64,000 nucleotides of DNA from an uncultured Methanosarcinales archaeon (lineage in GTDB: Archaea > Nanobdellota > Nanobdellia > Woesearchaeales > JAHJBD01): positions 76,037-140,036 of the forward strand of contig CAZHRT010000001.1 in assembly GCA_964534665.1 (NCBI GenBank), read 5' to 3'. Made by a program: the position numbers and the translations under genes. Shown piece after piece: positions 1-8,405 of this stretch. Position 1 is the stretch's first letter, and each line of letters begins with the position of its first letter. Under the pieces are notes generated by a model, which was given only the letters and a program-made list of their open reading frames with translations, was not told the DNA's origin and did not search any database.

Positions 1-956
1 ACCTTTTCACCATTCACAGGATTAATAACATATTTTCCAAGGAAACAACCAACCTTATCTTTTCCTTCAGGAGTTGTTCTTTCAATTTCAGATTGTTTTT
101 GAATTTCTTTTATTACTTTTAATGTTTCTTTTTCATATTTTGTTCCTTTAACTAATTCTTTAACCAAAGGATGTTCAGGAGCAATCACAATAAAAGTAAC
201 ACTGTGTATAGTATCGACCCTTGTGGTATAAGCAGGTAAAATTTTATCTGAATCTTCAAGTTTAAAATGAACCTCTACACCTTCACTTTTACCAATCCAA
301 TTCTTCTGCATTGTTCTAACACGTTCTGGCCAACCATCAAGCTTATCAATATCATTTAACAATTCTTCTGCATATTCCTTAATCTTAAAATACCATTGTT
401 CAAGCGGCTTTTGTTCAACTTCTGAATGGCATCGCCAACAAGTTCCATCTTCAACCTGTTCATTAGCAAGAACTGTATTACATTTTTTACACCAATTAAT
501 TATTCCTTCTTTTTTGTAAGCTAAACCTTTATCAAAAAATTTCAAAAAAATCCATTGATTCCATTTATAATATTCAGGTTCACAAGTAGGCATAGTTCTA
601 TCCCAATCATAACTAAAACCTAATGATTTTAACTGATCAACCATAGAAGCCATACATTTCTCAGTCCATTTCTTAGGATCTGATTTATTTTTTATAGCTG
701 CATTCTCAGCAGGTAAACCAAGAGCATCAAACCCAACAGGATACAAAAGATTAAAACCATTCATTCGCTTAAAACGTGCAACAGCATCACCAATAGAATA
801 ATTTCTAACATGACCCATATGAAGTTTCCCAGAAGGATAACTAAACATCTCTAAACAATAGAATTTTGGCTTCTTTTTATCCTGCTTAAACTTAAAAATA
901 CTACTTTCAGCCCATTTCTTCTGCCATTTATTTGATATTTTGTTTAAATCTAACAT
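1..956 (-). CDS. leuS: Leucyl-tRNA synthetase, bacterial-type (5' part; runs off the window start)
   Basis: Hand translation from ATG at 956: MLDLNKISNKWQKKW...FYCLEMFSYPSGKLHMGHVRNYSIGD...GFDALGLPAENAAIK, containing the HMGH class I motif. Absent from the ORF track because it is truncated. Confidence 0.95.
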   Translation of the reverse strand, partial: MLDLNKISNKWQKKWAESSIFKFKQDKKKPKFYCLEMFSYPSGKLHMGHVRNYSIGDAVARFKRMNGFNLLYPVGFDALGLPAENAAIKNKSDPKKWTEKCMASMVDQLKSLGFSYDWDRTMPTCEPEYYKWNQWIFLKFFDKGLAYKKEGIINWCKKCNTVLANEQVEDGTCWRCHSEVEQKPLEQWYFKIKEYAEELLNDIDKLDGWPERVRTMQKNWIGKSEGVEVHFKLEDSDKILPAYTTRVDTIHSVTFIVIAPEHPLVKELVKGTKYEKETLKVIKEIQKQSEIERTTPEGKDKVGCFLGKYVINPVNGEK

Positions 957-1031
957 GTGTCTTAGAAAATAAGCGTGGCTTTAAATTATTTATGGTACAT
1001 TATATAATAAGAAAAAAAGTATTAAAAATAA

Positions 1032-1229
1032 TTAAAATTTCTTAAACTGAGCTGCAACATCAATCAAATCAACATGACCCATTAGCATAGCTCTGCAGCA
1101 ATACCTTTCTAGACCTAATTCGTCCATTGCTTTCTTTTTATCAGAGCCTTTCTCAACTTTTTTGTTGAAGTCATCCCATAAGTGTCCAATTGGTTTTCCA
1201 CAACTCCAGCATCTTATTGGTATAATCAT
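1032..1229 (-). CDS. rpoN: RNA polymerase subunit N (Rpo10)
   Basis: MIIPIRCWSCGKP...RYCCRAML zinc motif. Confidence 0.97.
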   Translation of the reverse strand: MIIPIRCWSCGKPIGHLWDDFNKKVEKGSDKKKAMDELGLERYCCRAMLMGHVDLIDVAAQFKKF

Positions 1230-1238
1230 TTTTCAGTA

Positions 1239-1640
1239 TCACCTATAACTTTTTTGAACTTTTGCTCTTGCTTTACCATGCCTATTTGGTTTCACTTTTT
1301 CTTTTCTTCTAACATCAGCAACAACTAAAGTCCTATCATATATTGCAAATTGATCTTTTAATTTTGTACCTTTTGAAAGTGAAACTAAAGCTTTAGCAAT
1401 AGCTAAACGAGCAGCATCTGCTTGTGAAGATATTCCACCACCATTAACATTAACATCAATATCATTTCCCTTAATTAAATCCCCAGCAATTAACAAAGGT
1501 TCACGAATCTTCATCCTATACATACTTGGTTGATAAAGATCAATTAAAACATTATTAATTCTAACCTTGCCAGTTCCTTCCTTTAATGTTGCACGAGCTA
1601 TTGCTCTTTTACGTTTTCCTGAAGCATGTATTTGTTTCAT
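1239..1640 (-). CDS. rps9: 30S ribosomal protein uS9
   Basis: SGKRKRAIARA N-terminus; ARAKVQKSYR C-terminus. Confidence 0.97.
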   Translation of the reverse strand: MKQIHASGKRKRAIARATLKEGTGKVRINNVLIDLYQPSMYRMKIREPLLIAGDLIKGNDIDVNVNGGGISSQADAARLAIAKALVSLSKGTKLKDQFAIYDRTLVVADVRRKEKVKPNRHGKARAKVQKSYR

Positions 1641-2029
1641 AGTTCTTCACATATCCTCTTTACAGTTACATATTTTGATAATGGTAATTTTGAAACTTTA
1701 GCAGCTTCTATTGTTTCTGCTTTTCCATCTATTGGTTGACCAATATAACATTTAATATTTTTAAAAGCTTCCTTTCCTAATTCTTTCTTATAAGGCAACA
1801 TGCCCCTAATTGCTCGCTTAACAAAAGCATTTGGTTTTCTAAAAAGAAAAGGGCCCTTATAAGTTCCACGATCCCTTTTTTGTTTATATTTTGTTAAAAC
1901 AAACCTTTTATTACCAGAAACTACTGCTTTCTCACAATTAACAATATCCATTTTTTCACCTAATAAAGACTTCTTAGCAACAACTGTTGCCATTCTTCCC
2001 AATATTAAATCTGTTGCGTCTATTATCAT
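1637..2029 (-). CDS. rpl13: 50S ribosomal protein uL13
   Basis: IIDATDLILGRMA...VKRAIRGMLPYK. Confidence 0.97.
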   Translation of the reverse strand: MIIDATDLILGRMATVVAKKSLLGEKMDIVNCEKAVVSGNKRFVLTKYKQKRDRGTYKGPFLFRKPNAFVKRAIRGMLPYKKELGKEAFKNIKCYIGQPIDGKAETIEAAKVSKLPLSKYVTVKRICEEL

Positions 2030-2080
2030 TTTAAATTTCTCCTAAATTTAAAGCTTGAAAGTTTCTAATTTTCATTATTT

Positions 2081-2434
2081 TTATCCTAATATCCTAATAT
2101 TTTTACCCTTTGGACTTTCTTTAATAAGATCGTTAATGTCAATTATTTTTGAACCAGCTTCATTAATTTTATCAACAGCTGATTTTGAAAATTGATAAGC
2201 ACTAATTACTACTTTATGATCAAGTGTACCACTACCTAAAACTTTCCCAGGAACTATAATTACTTCGTTCTCTTTTGAATACTTACTGATTCTTGAAAGA
2301 TTAACAATCCTTCTTTGCCTACTTGGTTTTTCTAAATCTTCTGCAATCCTTTTCCAAATAGCAACTTGATGCTCAGAAGCATTCTTCTTCAGTTCCATAA
2401 TCAAGTCTTGTAAGACTTTATTGGTTGTTTTCAT
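2081..2434 (-). CDS. rpl18e: 50S ribosomal protein eL18
   Basis: VNLSRI...VPGKVLGSG motif; operon context. Confidence 0.96.
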   Translation of the reverse strand: MKTTNKVLQDLIMELKKNASEHQVAIWKRIAEDLEKPSRQRRIVNLSRISKYSKENEVIIVPGKVLGSGTLDHKVVISAYQFSKSAVDKINEAGSKIIDINDLIKESPKGKNIRILG

Positions 2435-2443
2435 TTTTTCTTA

Positions 2444-2569
2444 TGCGGGAGACGAGGTTCGAACTCGCGCATCCACTAAGGAACTAGGCCTTTGATGGCG
2501 AATAAACGCAACGCGTTTACTTTGCTTATATCCTCAACCTAGCGCATTTGACCACTCTGCCACTCCCGC
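2444..2569 (-). tRNA. tRNA-Leu(GAG) with a ~42-nt intron at the canonical 37/38 position
   Basis: GCGGGAG/CTCCCGC acceptor stem, CTAGG-TT-GAG-G[intron]G-CCTAG anticodon arm, long variable arm, TTCGAAC T-loop. Conserved archaeal position between rpoD and rpl18e. Confidence 0.92.
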
Positions 2570-2593
2570 AATGTTTAAACATTAACAGAAGGG

Positions 2594-3379
2594 TTACTTG
2601 AGGTCTTTAACAAGTGTAATAAACTCATCACACTTCTCATCAATAGCTTTTGAAGCTTCTTGAACTATTTTCTTAGGTTCAAGTTGACCCCATGACTCAA
2701 CTGTAAAAATATAATCATTATTCTTGTTAACCTTAACTTTGCCTTCTGATGCTTCTTCACATGCACCGCAAAGATGACATTTTAAGAGATTATCTTTATT
2801 AACAATTACTTTATTATCTTTAAGATCAAAAACATCTACTGGACACGATTCAACAACTTTAGCAGCGTCCTTCACATCTCCAATTTCAATTTCTGCTTTT
2901 TGTTTGTAAAAAGCTAAACCAGGACTCCATTTTGAATGTACTTTTCCTTTACCCAAAACTGCAGTAGCCTCAAGTTCAATTTGTTGACCTTTAAGCAATT
3001 TCGCAATAGGCATATTAGGATAAACGGGTTTAACTCCAGAATCTTTTGAATTTATTTCGGATGCTAAAACAACAGCTGGACCTTTAGCTTTCAATGTCAT
3101 ATTTAATTGACATCTAGCACAACCTTTACCTTCACATTTACATTCATCAGGTAAATTATAAGATTTCAGGTCTGTTGTTAAAGGCAACAAACCTAGTCTA
3201 TGTGCGATCATTTCATCGTATAATATTGAACTATTTTTTCGGATTTCAACTTCTTCAACAGCCATAACAGGAACATCTCCAAGGATTGCCCTTCTCAATG
3301 AGTTAACAAAAGCTGGTGTTGATTCTCTTACCAAAAACGAGATCTTATTCTCAGATTTATCTAGAGATCTTATTTCCAT
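2594..3379 (-). CDS. rpoD: RNA polymerase subunit D (Rpo3) with Fe-S ferredoxin-like insert
   Basis: NSLRRAIL...DEMIAHRLGLLPL; CPVDV and CHLCGAC cysteine motifs. Confidence 0.97.
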   Translation of the reverse strand: MEIRSLDKSENKISFLVRESTPAFVNSLRRAILGDVPVMAVEEVEIRKNSSILYDEMIAHRLGLLPLTTDLKSYNLPDECKCEGKGCARCQLNMTLKAKGPAVVLASEINSKDSGVKPVYPNMPIAKLLKGQQIELEATAVLGKGKVHSKWSPGLAFYKQKAEIEIGDVKDAAKVVESCPVDVFDLKDNKVIVNKDNLLKCHLCGACEEASEGKVKVNKNNDYIFTVESWGQLEPKKIVQEASKAIDEKCDEFITLVKDLK

Positions 3380-3843
3380 TATACTCTCCTCCCTCTTTTT
3401 CCACCTTTTTTTCTACAACCATCATGAGGCATAGGTGTAACATCCTCAATTATTCCAATTCTCAAACCCATTCTTGAAAGTGCTCGAATTGCTGCTTGAG
3501 CTCCTGGACCAGGACTTGCAGGACCATTATGTCCACCTGGTGCTTTAATCTTTACATGAATTCCTGTGATTCCATGTTCTTTAGAAGCTTCGCCTGCTTT
3601 TTTTGCTGCAATCATTGCAGCTGTAGGAGAACTTTCCATTCTATCTTGCTTAACAACCATTCCACCTGATGCTAAAGCAATAGTTTCAGTTCCAGTAATA
3701 TCAGTAATATGAATTATTGTATTATTATAACTAGAATAAATATGTGCAACACCCCAAATCAAAGGTTGATTTCTTCTAACCGGCCTACTAATAGGTTTAC
3801 TAACGGGCCTACTAACAGGTTTACTAACAGGTTTATTTTCCAT
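3379..3843 (-). CDS. rps11: 30S ribosomal protein uS11
   Basis: [19 protein letters not shown]...[12 protein letters not shown]...GGKRGRRV. Confidence 0.97.
   Translation of the reverse strand: MENKPVSKPVSRPVSKPISRPVRRNQPLIWGVAHIYSSYNNTIIHITDITGTETIALASGGMVVKQDRMESSPTAAMIAAKKAGEASKEHGITGIHVKIKAPGGHNGPASPGPGAQAAIRALSRMGLRIGIIEDVTPMPHDGCRKKGGKRGRRV
3777..3836 (-). repeat. 12-nt tandem repeat encoding (K/R)PVS about 5 times in the uS11 N-terminus
   Basis: [20 protein letters not shown]. Confidence 0.8.
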
Positions 3844-4615
3844 CTTCTTTTACCTTATCTTTTTTCTTATCATCTTTAGGTGCTTCGTCTTTTTTATCTT
3901 CTTTAGCAACCTTTTCTTCTTTAACAGGAGCATCTTCATTTTTATCAGTAGACTCTTTCTTAGGTTTTGTTTCTTTTTTATCTTTTTTAGGTGCTTTTTC
4001 TTTTTTATCTTCCTTAGCAACCTTTTCTTCTTTAACAGGAGCATCTTCGTTTTTATCAGTAGACTCTTTCTTAGGTTTTGTTTCTTTCTTAACTTCTACT
4101 TCAGGTTGAGCCCTTTCAGGATGATCTAAACTTGATAATTTTGAAGCTGGCCTAAATTTAATTGCTGCTTCTTCTTCAACTGTTACAAGATAAGAAGGGA
4201 TAGTCATTGGTTGTTCACCAATATAAATATGTTTATGTGTAATAAATTGTCTTGCTTGTTTCATTGATCTTGCTAGGTTTTTCTTAAAAACTAATGTTTG
4301 TAATCTTCTACCTAAAATTTCTTTAGTAGTTATTGACAAAATATCTTCGATTTTTCCGCCTTGTTCAAGCAAACCAAGAGAATTTACTTTAATTAGCAAT
4401 TGTTGCCTTTCAATCTCAGACTGTTTTGTTTGTTCTCTAATAACTCTCTTTATCTGAGCAAATAAACTTTTTAAGAAAGACTCCATCTTCCAAATTTCTT
4501 TTTTATTCTTAAGACCATAATCTCTAACAAAGGTCTTTTCAGTATCAATTCTTTCCTTTTGCCAAGGATGTGATGGTGTTGTATACTTCTTTCTTTTTTT
4601 TCTTGGATCGCCCAT
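3833..4615 (-). CDS. rps4: 30S ribosomal protein uS4 with long charged C-terminal extension
   Basis: [18 protein letters not shown]...[10 protein letters not shown]...[11 protein letters not shown]. Confidence 0.97.
   Translation of the reverse strand: MGDPRKKRKKYTTPSHPWQKERIDTEKTFVRDYGLKNKKEIWKMESFLKSLFAQIKRVIREQTKQSEIERQQLLIKVNSLGLLEQGGKIEDILSITTKEILGRRLQTLVFKKNLARSMKQARQFITHKHIYIGEQPMTIPSYLVTVEEEAAIKFRPASKLSSLDHPERAQPEVEVKKETKPKKESTDKNEDAPVKEEKVAKEDKKEKAPKKDKKETKPKKESTDKNEDAPVKEEKVAKEDKKDEAPKDDKKKDKVKEDGK
3890..4088 (-). repeat. Near-identical ~88-nt direct duplication (111-nt period) in the rps4 tail
   Basis: [30 protein letters not shown] occurs twice; the DNA copies differ at only a few positions. 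Confidence 0.9.
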
Positions 4616-4625
4616 ATTAATTCAC

Positions 4626-5084
4626 TTACTTTTTCTTTTTAACTCCTAATGAAAGTTTACCTTTATTTTTTCTAAAATTAGATTTTGTTCTCTGACCCCT
4701 AACAGGTAATTTTGACATATGTCTAACACCTTTATAGGTTCTAATTTTCTTTAATTGTTTAATATCGTTATCACGTACATAAGAAACATCAGCTGAACTT
4801 AAATGCATATCTTCTCCTGTCTCAGGATCATTCCTTCTATTTAGCATCCAAACCGGAGCCCCAAGTTTTTGAGGATCTTTAATAAATTCTTCAATTTTCT
4901 TAACTTCAGCATCTGACAAATCTCCAGATTTTTTACTAACATCAAGACCTAAAGTATTACAAATAAGATTTCCAAACATAAAACCAACACCTTTAACCTT
5001 TTTTAATCCAATACCAATTGGCCTATTTCCATCAAGGTCGGTGCCCATTATACGAACAATGTGTTTAAATTCTGTTTCAACCAT
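4626..5084 (-). CDS. rps13: 30S ribosomal protein uS13
   Basis: HIVRIMGTDLDG...WMLNRRNDPETG...LPVRGQRTKSN. Confidence 0.97.
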   Translation of the reverse strand: MVETEFKHIVRIMGTDLDGNRPIGIGLKKVKGVGFMFGNLICNTLGLDVSKKSGDLSDAEVKKIEEFIKDPQKLGAPVWMLNRRNDPETGEDMHLSSADVSYVRDNDIKQLKKIRTYKGVRHMSKLPVRGQRTKSNFRKNKGKLSLGVKKKK

Positions 5085-5222
5085 TTTAATTATTAATCCT
5101 AGAATATGAACCCTAGGAACGCCGTTTTGACTCGGGCTAATAGAATTAAGAAACTGAAGTCTGTTTATAAAGGTTGTGGTAAACGATAGATTTATAAGTT
5201 ATTTTTCAACTCTTGAGATTAT

Positions 5223-5350
5223 GGTGGCGATAGTATAACTTGGCTAGTACCCAGGACTGTGGACCAAGCTTTCGGGCAGGATAGATATCCTGGAGTCCGG
5301 GAAGATAGAAAATTTATTCTATCTCGGCAATTCAAATCCCGGTCGCCACC
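5223..5350 (+). tRNA. tRNA-His(GTG) with two introns: 5263-5286 (37/38) and 5302-5330 (53/54, T-arm); G-1 is encoded
   Basis: G-GTGGCGA/TCGCCAC-C acceptor stem; CAGGA-CT-GTG-G[24 nt]A-TCCTG; CCGGG[29 nt]TTCAAAT-CCCGG; BHB-like motifs at both introns. Confidence 0.9.
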
Positions 5351-6051
5351 CTTCTTTTCATTATGTACCTTTCTAATAATTCTTTTTTATGATTTATAGC
5401 TATATATCGAATAACAAACTCACGAAAAAAGGTAATATTCTTAGAAGATAAACTAAATTCTGTAACACACCCTCTGCTATTGAAAGTATTTCCAACAAAC
5501 ACATTTTGTTTTTCTCTGGTTATGGAACTAACACCACACTTCAAGAAATTCTTAATACTCTCTTCTAATTTAAATAATCTTCTCCTGCTATGTACCCTTA
5601 TACAACATTGAGGATATTTTGGCCTCTTAATCCTCACATCACCGTCTCCATCAATTACTCCTGCCAAATATGAACCAAATAATGCAGAGTTCTTCAAAAT
5701 CCAATCCGGTGGATGAACTTGCTTAAAATCTATTTTTAATTTGCAAAATAATTTTAATAAATTTTTGCATCCAAACTTATAATCATATCTCAAAAATCCT
5801 TTTTTATCAGTTAATTTAAACAAACAGCCTTTTAAACCAAAGATCTTTTGCGTAATATTTCTAAATTTATCCTGCATCGAAAGTGATTTTTTCCCAACTC
5901 CTAAAACAACAAAATATCTTTTTCTATTAATGGACTGCACATGTTGCACTTTGAAATAACCATCACTCTGAACAACACCTACCCAATAAGCAAAATCAGG
6001 GCTATTAACGCATCTTTCATAGATTTCTTGATTTAATATCTTTGAATTCAT
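5332..6051 (-). CDS. Free-standing double-motif LAGLIDADG homing endonuclease-like protein
   Basis: Two motifs, FAYWVGVVQSDGYF and SYLAGVIDGDGDV, in a basic 239-aa protein. No intein splice residues and no flanking host ORF. Confidence 0.85.
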   Translation of the reverse strand: MNSKILNQEIYERCVNSPDFAYWVGVVQSDGYFKVQHVQSINRKRYFVVLGVGKKSLSMQDKFRNITQKIFGLKGCLFKLTDKKGFLRYDYKFGCKNLLKLFCKLKIDFKQVHPPDWILKNSALFGSYLAGVIDGDGDVRIKRPKYPQCCIRVHSRRRLFKLEESIKNFLKCGVSSITREKQNVFVGNTFNSRGCVTEFSLSSKNITFFREFVIRYIAINHKKELLERYIMKRRVATGI

Positions 6052-6169
6052 TTTGCATTACAATGATCATCCAGATTAGATCTAAATAAATGATTTTCGC
6101 CTCAGCAAAAATAATAATTAAGTAGTGTAATCAATATTTAATGGTAATGTAAAAAAATTAGAAAATGGT

Positions 6170-6718
6170 TCAAGCGTTTTGAAAGGCTCGGTCCCCATCC
6201 TCTTTTACCCCACCTTTTTTCTCTAAAACTTTACTAACAACATAAGGTATAGTAAAAGCAATAACATAAACCAAACTAACAATAATTGGATTATGACTAA
6301 CTTCATTAATTCTAATTGTTCTATTAAGATGATTAGCAAAATTAACCATAAAATATACATTAACTAAAGCAAGTGAAGGTATAAAAACTCCTGCAACAAT
6401 ATGTTCTTTTCTTTCTAATTCTTTTAAATCATCAATTATTACAATAAACAAAAAACCAAAAGTCAATGCAATTACCGAGATAATCCCATACAAGAAAATA
6501 GCATGAAAAACCAATAAAAATGGAACCAATACAACAGAAACAATCAAATTACCTATAATCGCCACAATCAAAACAAACCAATAAATAAACTCGTCCAATA
6601 ATTTAACCATATGATGTTTTTTTTCTTGTGCAGATTGAAATATATTATTTGCTTTAATTAAATCTTCTCTAGACCAACCTTTTGAGCCTAATTTTGAATA
6701 AATACCTTCATTCATCAT
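6170..6718 (-). CDS. Hypothetical integral membrane protein (~4 TM)
   Basis: Several hydrophobic segments; overlaps the upstream gene. Confidence 0.75.
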   Translation of the reverse strand: MMNEGIYSKLGSKGWSREDLIKANNIFQSAQEKKHHMVKLLDEFIYWFVLIVAIIGNLIVSVVLVPFLLVFHAIFLYGIISVIALTFGFLFIVIIDDLKELERKEHIVAGVFIPSLALVNVYFMVNFANHLNRTIRINEVSHNPIIVSLVYVIAFTIPYVVSKVLEKKGGVKEDGDRAFQNA

Positions 6719-7187
6719 TCATTCTTTTATCATCATTCATTAATTCTTTTATATATTTAAAAAAACTTTTTGTATCATCAAAATAAATATTCAACTTATC
6801 AATATCAACTTCAAAGCTATTTCCATCTAAATCAGCAATCAATGTTACATGCCGCCTATATTCTTCCCGTCTAGTATATTCTGCCCTGCTAACTCTACGC
6901 ATTAAAGCATAAAATTCAAGATTTTTATTAATAACTTCATCATCTGCAAAATGTTTAAGTAACAATTCACATCGTAAAGCAGGAACATTTGGAGATTCAT
7001 CAGTCATCTTTTTCTCTTTTGCATAATCTAAAAGTGCAAGAATCATAAAATCATAAGCACTTATTAGTCTCAAAACAACGCTTTTAACAACATCTACTGT
7101 CCTACTATATTTTAAACTAACAAATATCAAATGATCAATTCTCTTCATTTCACCTACTGCATCTTCAAGATTTTCATTCATCGTCAA
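6708..7187 (-). CDS. Hypothetical helical protein, paralog of the upstream neighbour
   Basis: RIDHLIFVSLKY... resembles IADHMLTMTYPF... of the neighbour. Confidence 0.75.
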   Translation of the reverse strand: MTMNENLEDAVGEMKRIDHLIFVSLKYSRTVDVVKSVVLRLISAYDFMILALLDYAKEKKMTDESPNVPALRCELLLKHFADDEVINKNLEFYALMRRVSRAEYTRREEYRRHVTLIADLDGNSFEVDIDKLNIYFDDTKSFFKYIKELMNDDKRMNDE

Positions 7188-7644
7188 TTATCCTCGAATT
7201 TAATTCTACAAATGATTTAGCACTAGAGATATAACCTTTAATCGAATCTAATGTTATTGTTCTAAGATCATATTCATTTGTGCAAATTACAAAACTATCT
7301 TTTCGAGAAAACTCAATTGGGCTTTCCCTATGTTCCTTAATAACTTCCCTAAGTTCCTGTATCGTATTAAGATAATGTCTTTCTATATTAAACTTTGGTG
7401 CACATTTCTGTTTAAATAGATTAAATTTTGATACAAAAGTATCTTGAAAAGGTGGGATTTTCTTATAAGTCCTTTCAAAATGAAGTATTGAACCCATACT
7501 ATTAATCATAGCCAAGAAAACATTCTCAAGAACAGCCAAAAGAATTTTTGGATCCTTAACAAAAGGATAAGTCATTGTTAGCATATGATCTGCAATTTGA
7601 ATTTTCTTTCTGGCTACGTCTCTAAGACCATCATAACGTTCCAT
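7174..7644 (-). CDS. Hypothetical helical (possibly HEPN-like) protein
   Basis: Start reassigned to ATG 7644 (MERYDG...) because the longer ORF-track start runs through an AT-rich palindromic intergenic element. Confidence 0.7.
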   Translation of the reverse strand: MERYDGLRDVARKKIQIADHMLTMTYPFVKDPKILLAVLENVFLAMINSMGSILHFERTYKKIPPFQDTFVSKFNLFKQKCAPKFNIERHYLNTIQELREVIKEHRESPIEFSRKDSFVICTNEYDLRTITLDSIKGYISSAKSFVELNSRIIDDE

Positions 7645-7687
7645 AAGATATAATAGGTTATCAAAGTTAATAAAGTTTATTCTTTTA

Positions 7688-7816
7688 CATGTCAAAATTT
7701 CACTATCATTTAGTATAAAAACATAAATTAATGAAATTCTGAGCATGCTCAAAAATCATCTTAAAATCAAGAAATCTCAAATAAGTCACTAATTTTTATA
7801 AGATGATTTTTTACAG
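7688..7816. repeat. Double-hairpin palindromic element, intergenic copy
   Basis: CATGTCAAAATTTCA..TGAAATTCTGA-GCATGC-TC-AAAAATCATCTTA..TAAGATGATTTTT-TACA; perfect 13-bp inverted repeat at 7751-7763/7799-7811. Confidence 0.7.
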
Positions 7817-7819
7817 ACG

Positions 7820-8158
7820 TTATTCCTTCAAAGACATTATTGCAGCTGCAAGATCGCCATTATGTTCAGAAATTGCTTTTTCAGCAGTTTCTTTATCAAC
7901 ACCTGCTTGTTCCATTACAGTATTAATATCATCTTCATTAATATCTGGTTCAGAAGATATTGCTCTTTCTTCAATCTCACCAACAACTTGAAAAGTTTCT
8001 TGACCACCCATATTAACTTTAGAAACATTTGGATTTGTTATAACAATCTCTTTTTCAGGAGTTCTAATTATAACTTCAGTAGCGTCTATCTCTTGTTGTT
8101 GAATACCAAGCCTTTTCATAGCTTGCTTCATCATCCGAGGATTCATTCCAGGTATCAT
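7820..8158 (-). CDS. nac: Nascent polypeptide-associated complex protein
   Basis: MNPRMMKQAMKRLGI...C-terminal UBA-like GDLAAAIMSL. Confidence 0.95.
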   Translation of the reverse strand: MIPGMNPRMMKQAMKRLGIQQQEIDATEVIIRTPEKEIVITNPNVSKVNMGGQETFQVVGEIEERAISSEPDINEDDINTVMEQAGVDKETAEKAISEHNGDLAAAIMSLKE

Positions 8159-8328
8159 AATCCTAAAAACCCATTGCCAAAAGTATAAAGAACAACCATA
8201 ATAATAATCACAGCTATAGATAATATAATAACTTGTCCAGGAGATAACTCTATTTTACTCTTGTACTCATCAAAGTACCTCATCAATCCGCCCATGCCGC
8301 TTGGCATGTTAACTTTATCTTTTGCCAT
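8155..8328 (-). CDS. secG: Preprotein translocase subunit Sec61beta (57 aa)
   Basis: Hand translation MAKDKVNMPSGMGGLMRYFDEYKSKIELSPGQVIILSIAVIIIMVVLYTFGNGFLGL; GLMRYF motif plus one TM; ATGA overlap with nac. Confidence 0.92.
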   Translation of the reverse strand: MAKDKVNMPSGMGGLMRYFDEYKSKIELSPGQVIILSIAVIIIMVVLYTFGNGFLGL

Positions 8329-8405
8329 GTTAAAAACCTCTTGGTTTTTTACACCCCAGAAATCTCTGATTTCTAAGGGTTTTCTTTTTAATTATAAAGT
8401 GAGTA

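Noticed and set aside
6052..6169. Possible att-site duplication making the LAGLIDADG gene an integrated element
   Set aside because: No repeat of the tRNA-His 3' end and no integrase were seen.
7645..7752. N-terminal extension of ORF 7174-7752
   Set aside because: It runs through the palindromic element and AT-rich promoter-like DNA. ATG 7644 gives a length matching the paralog.
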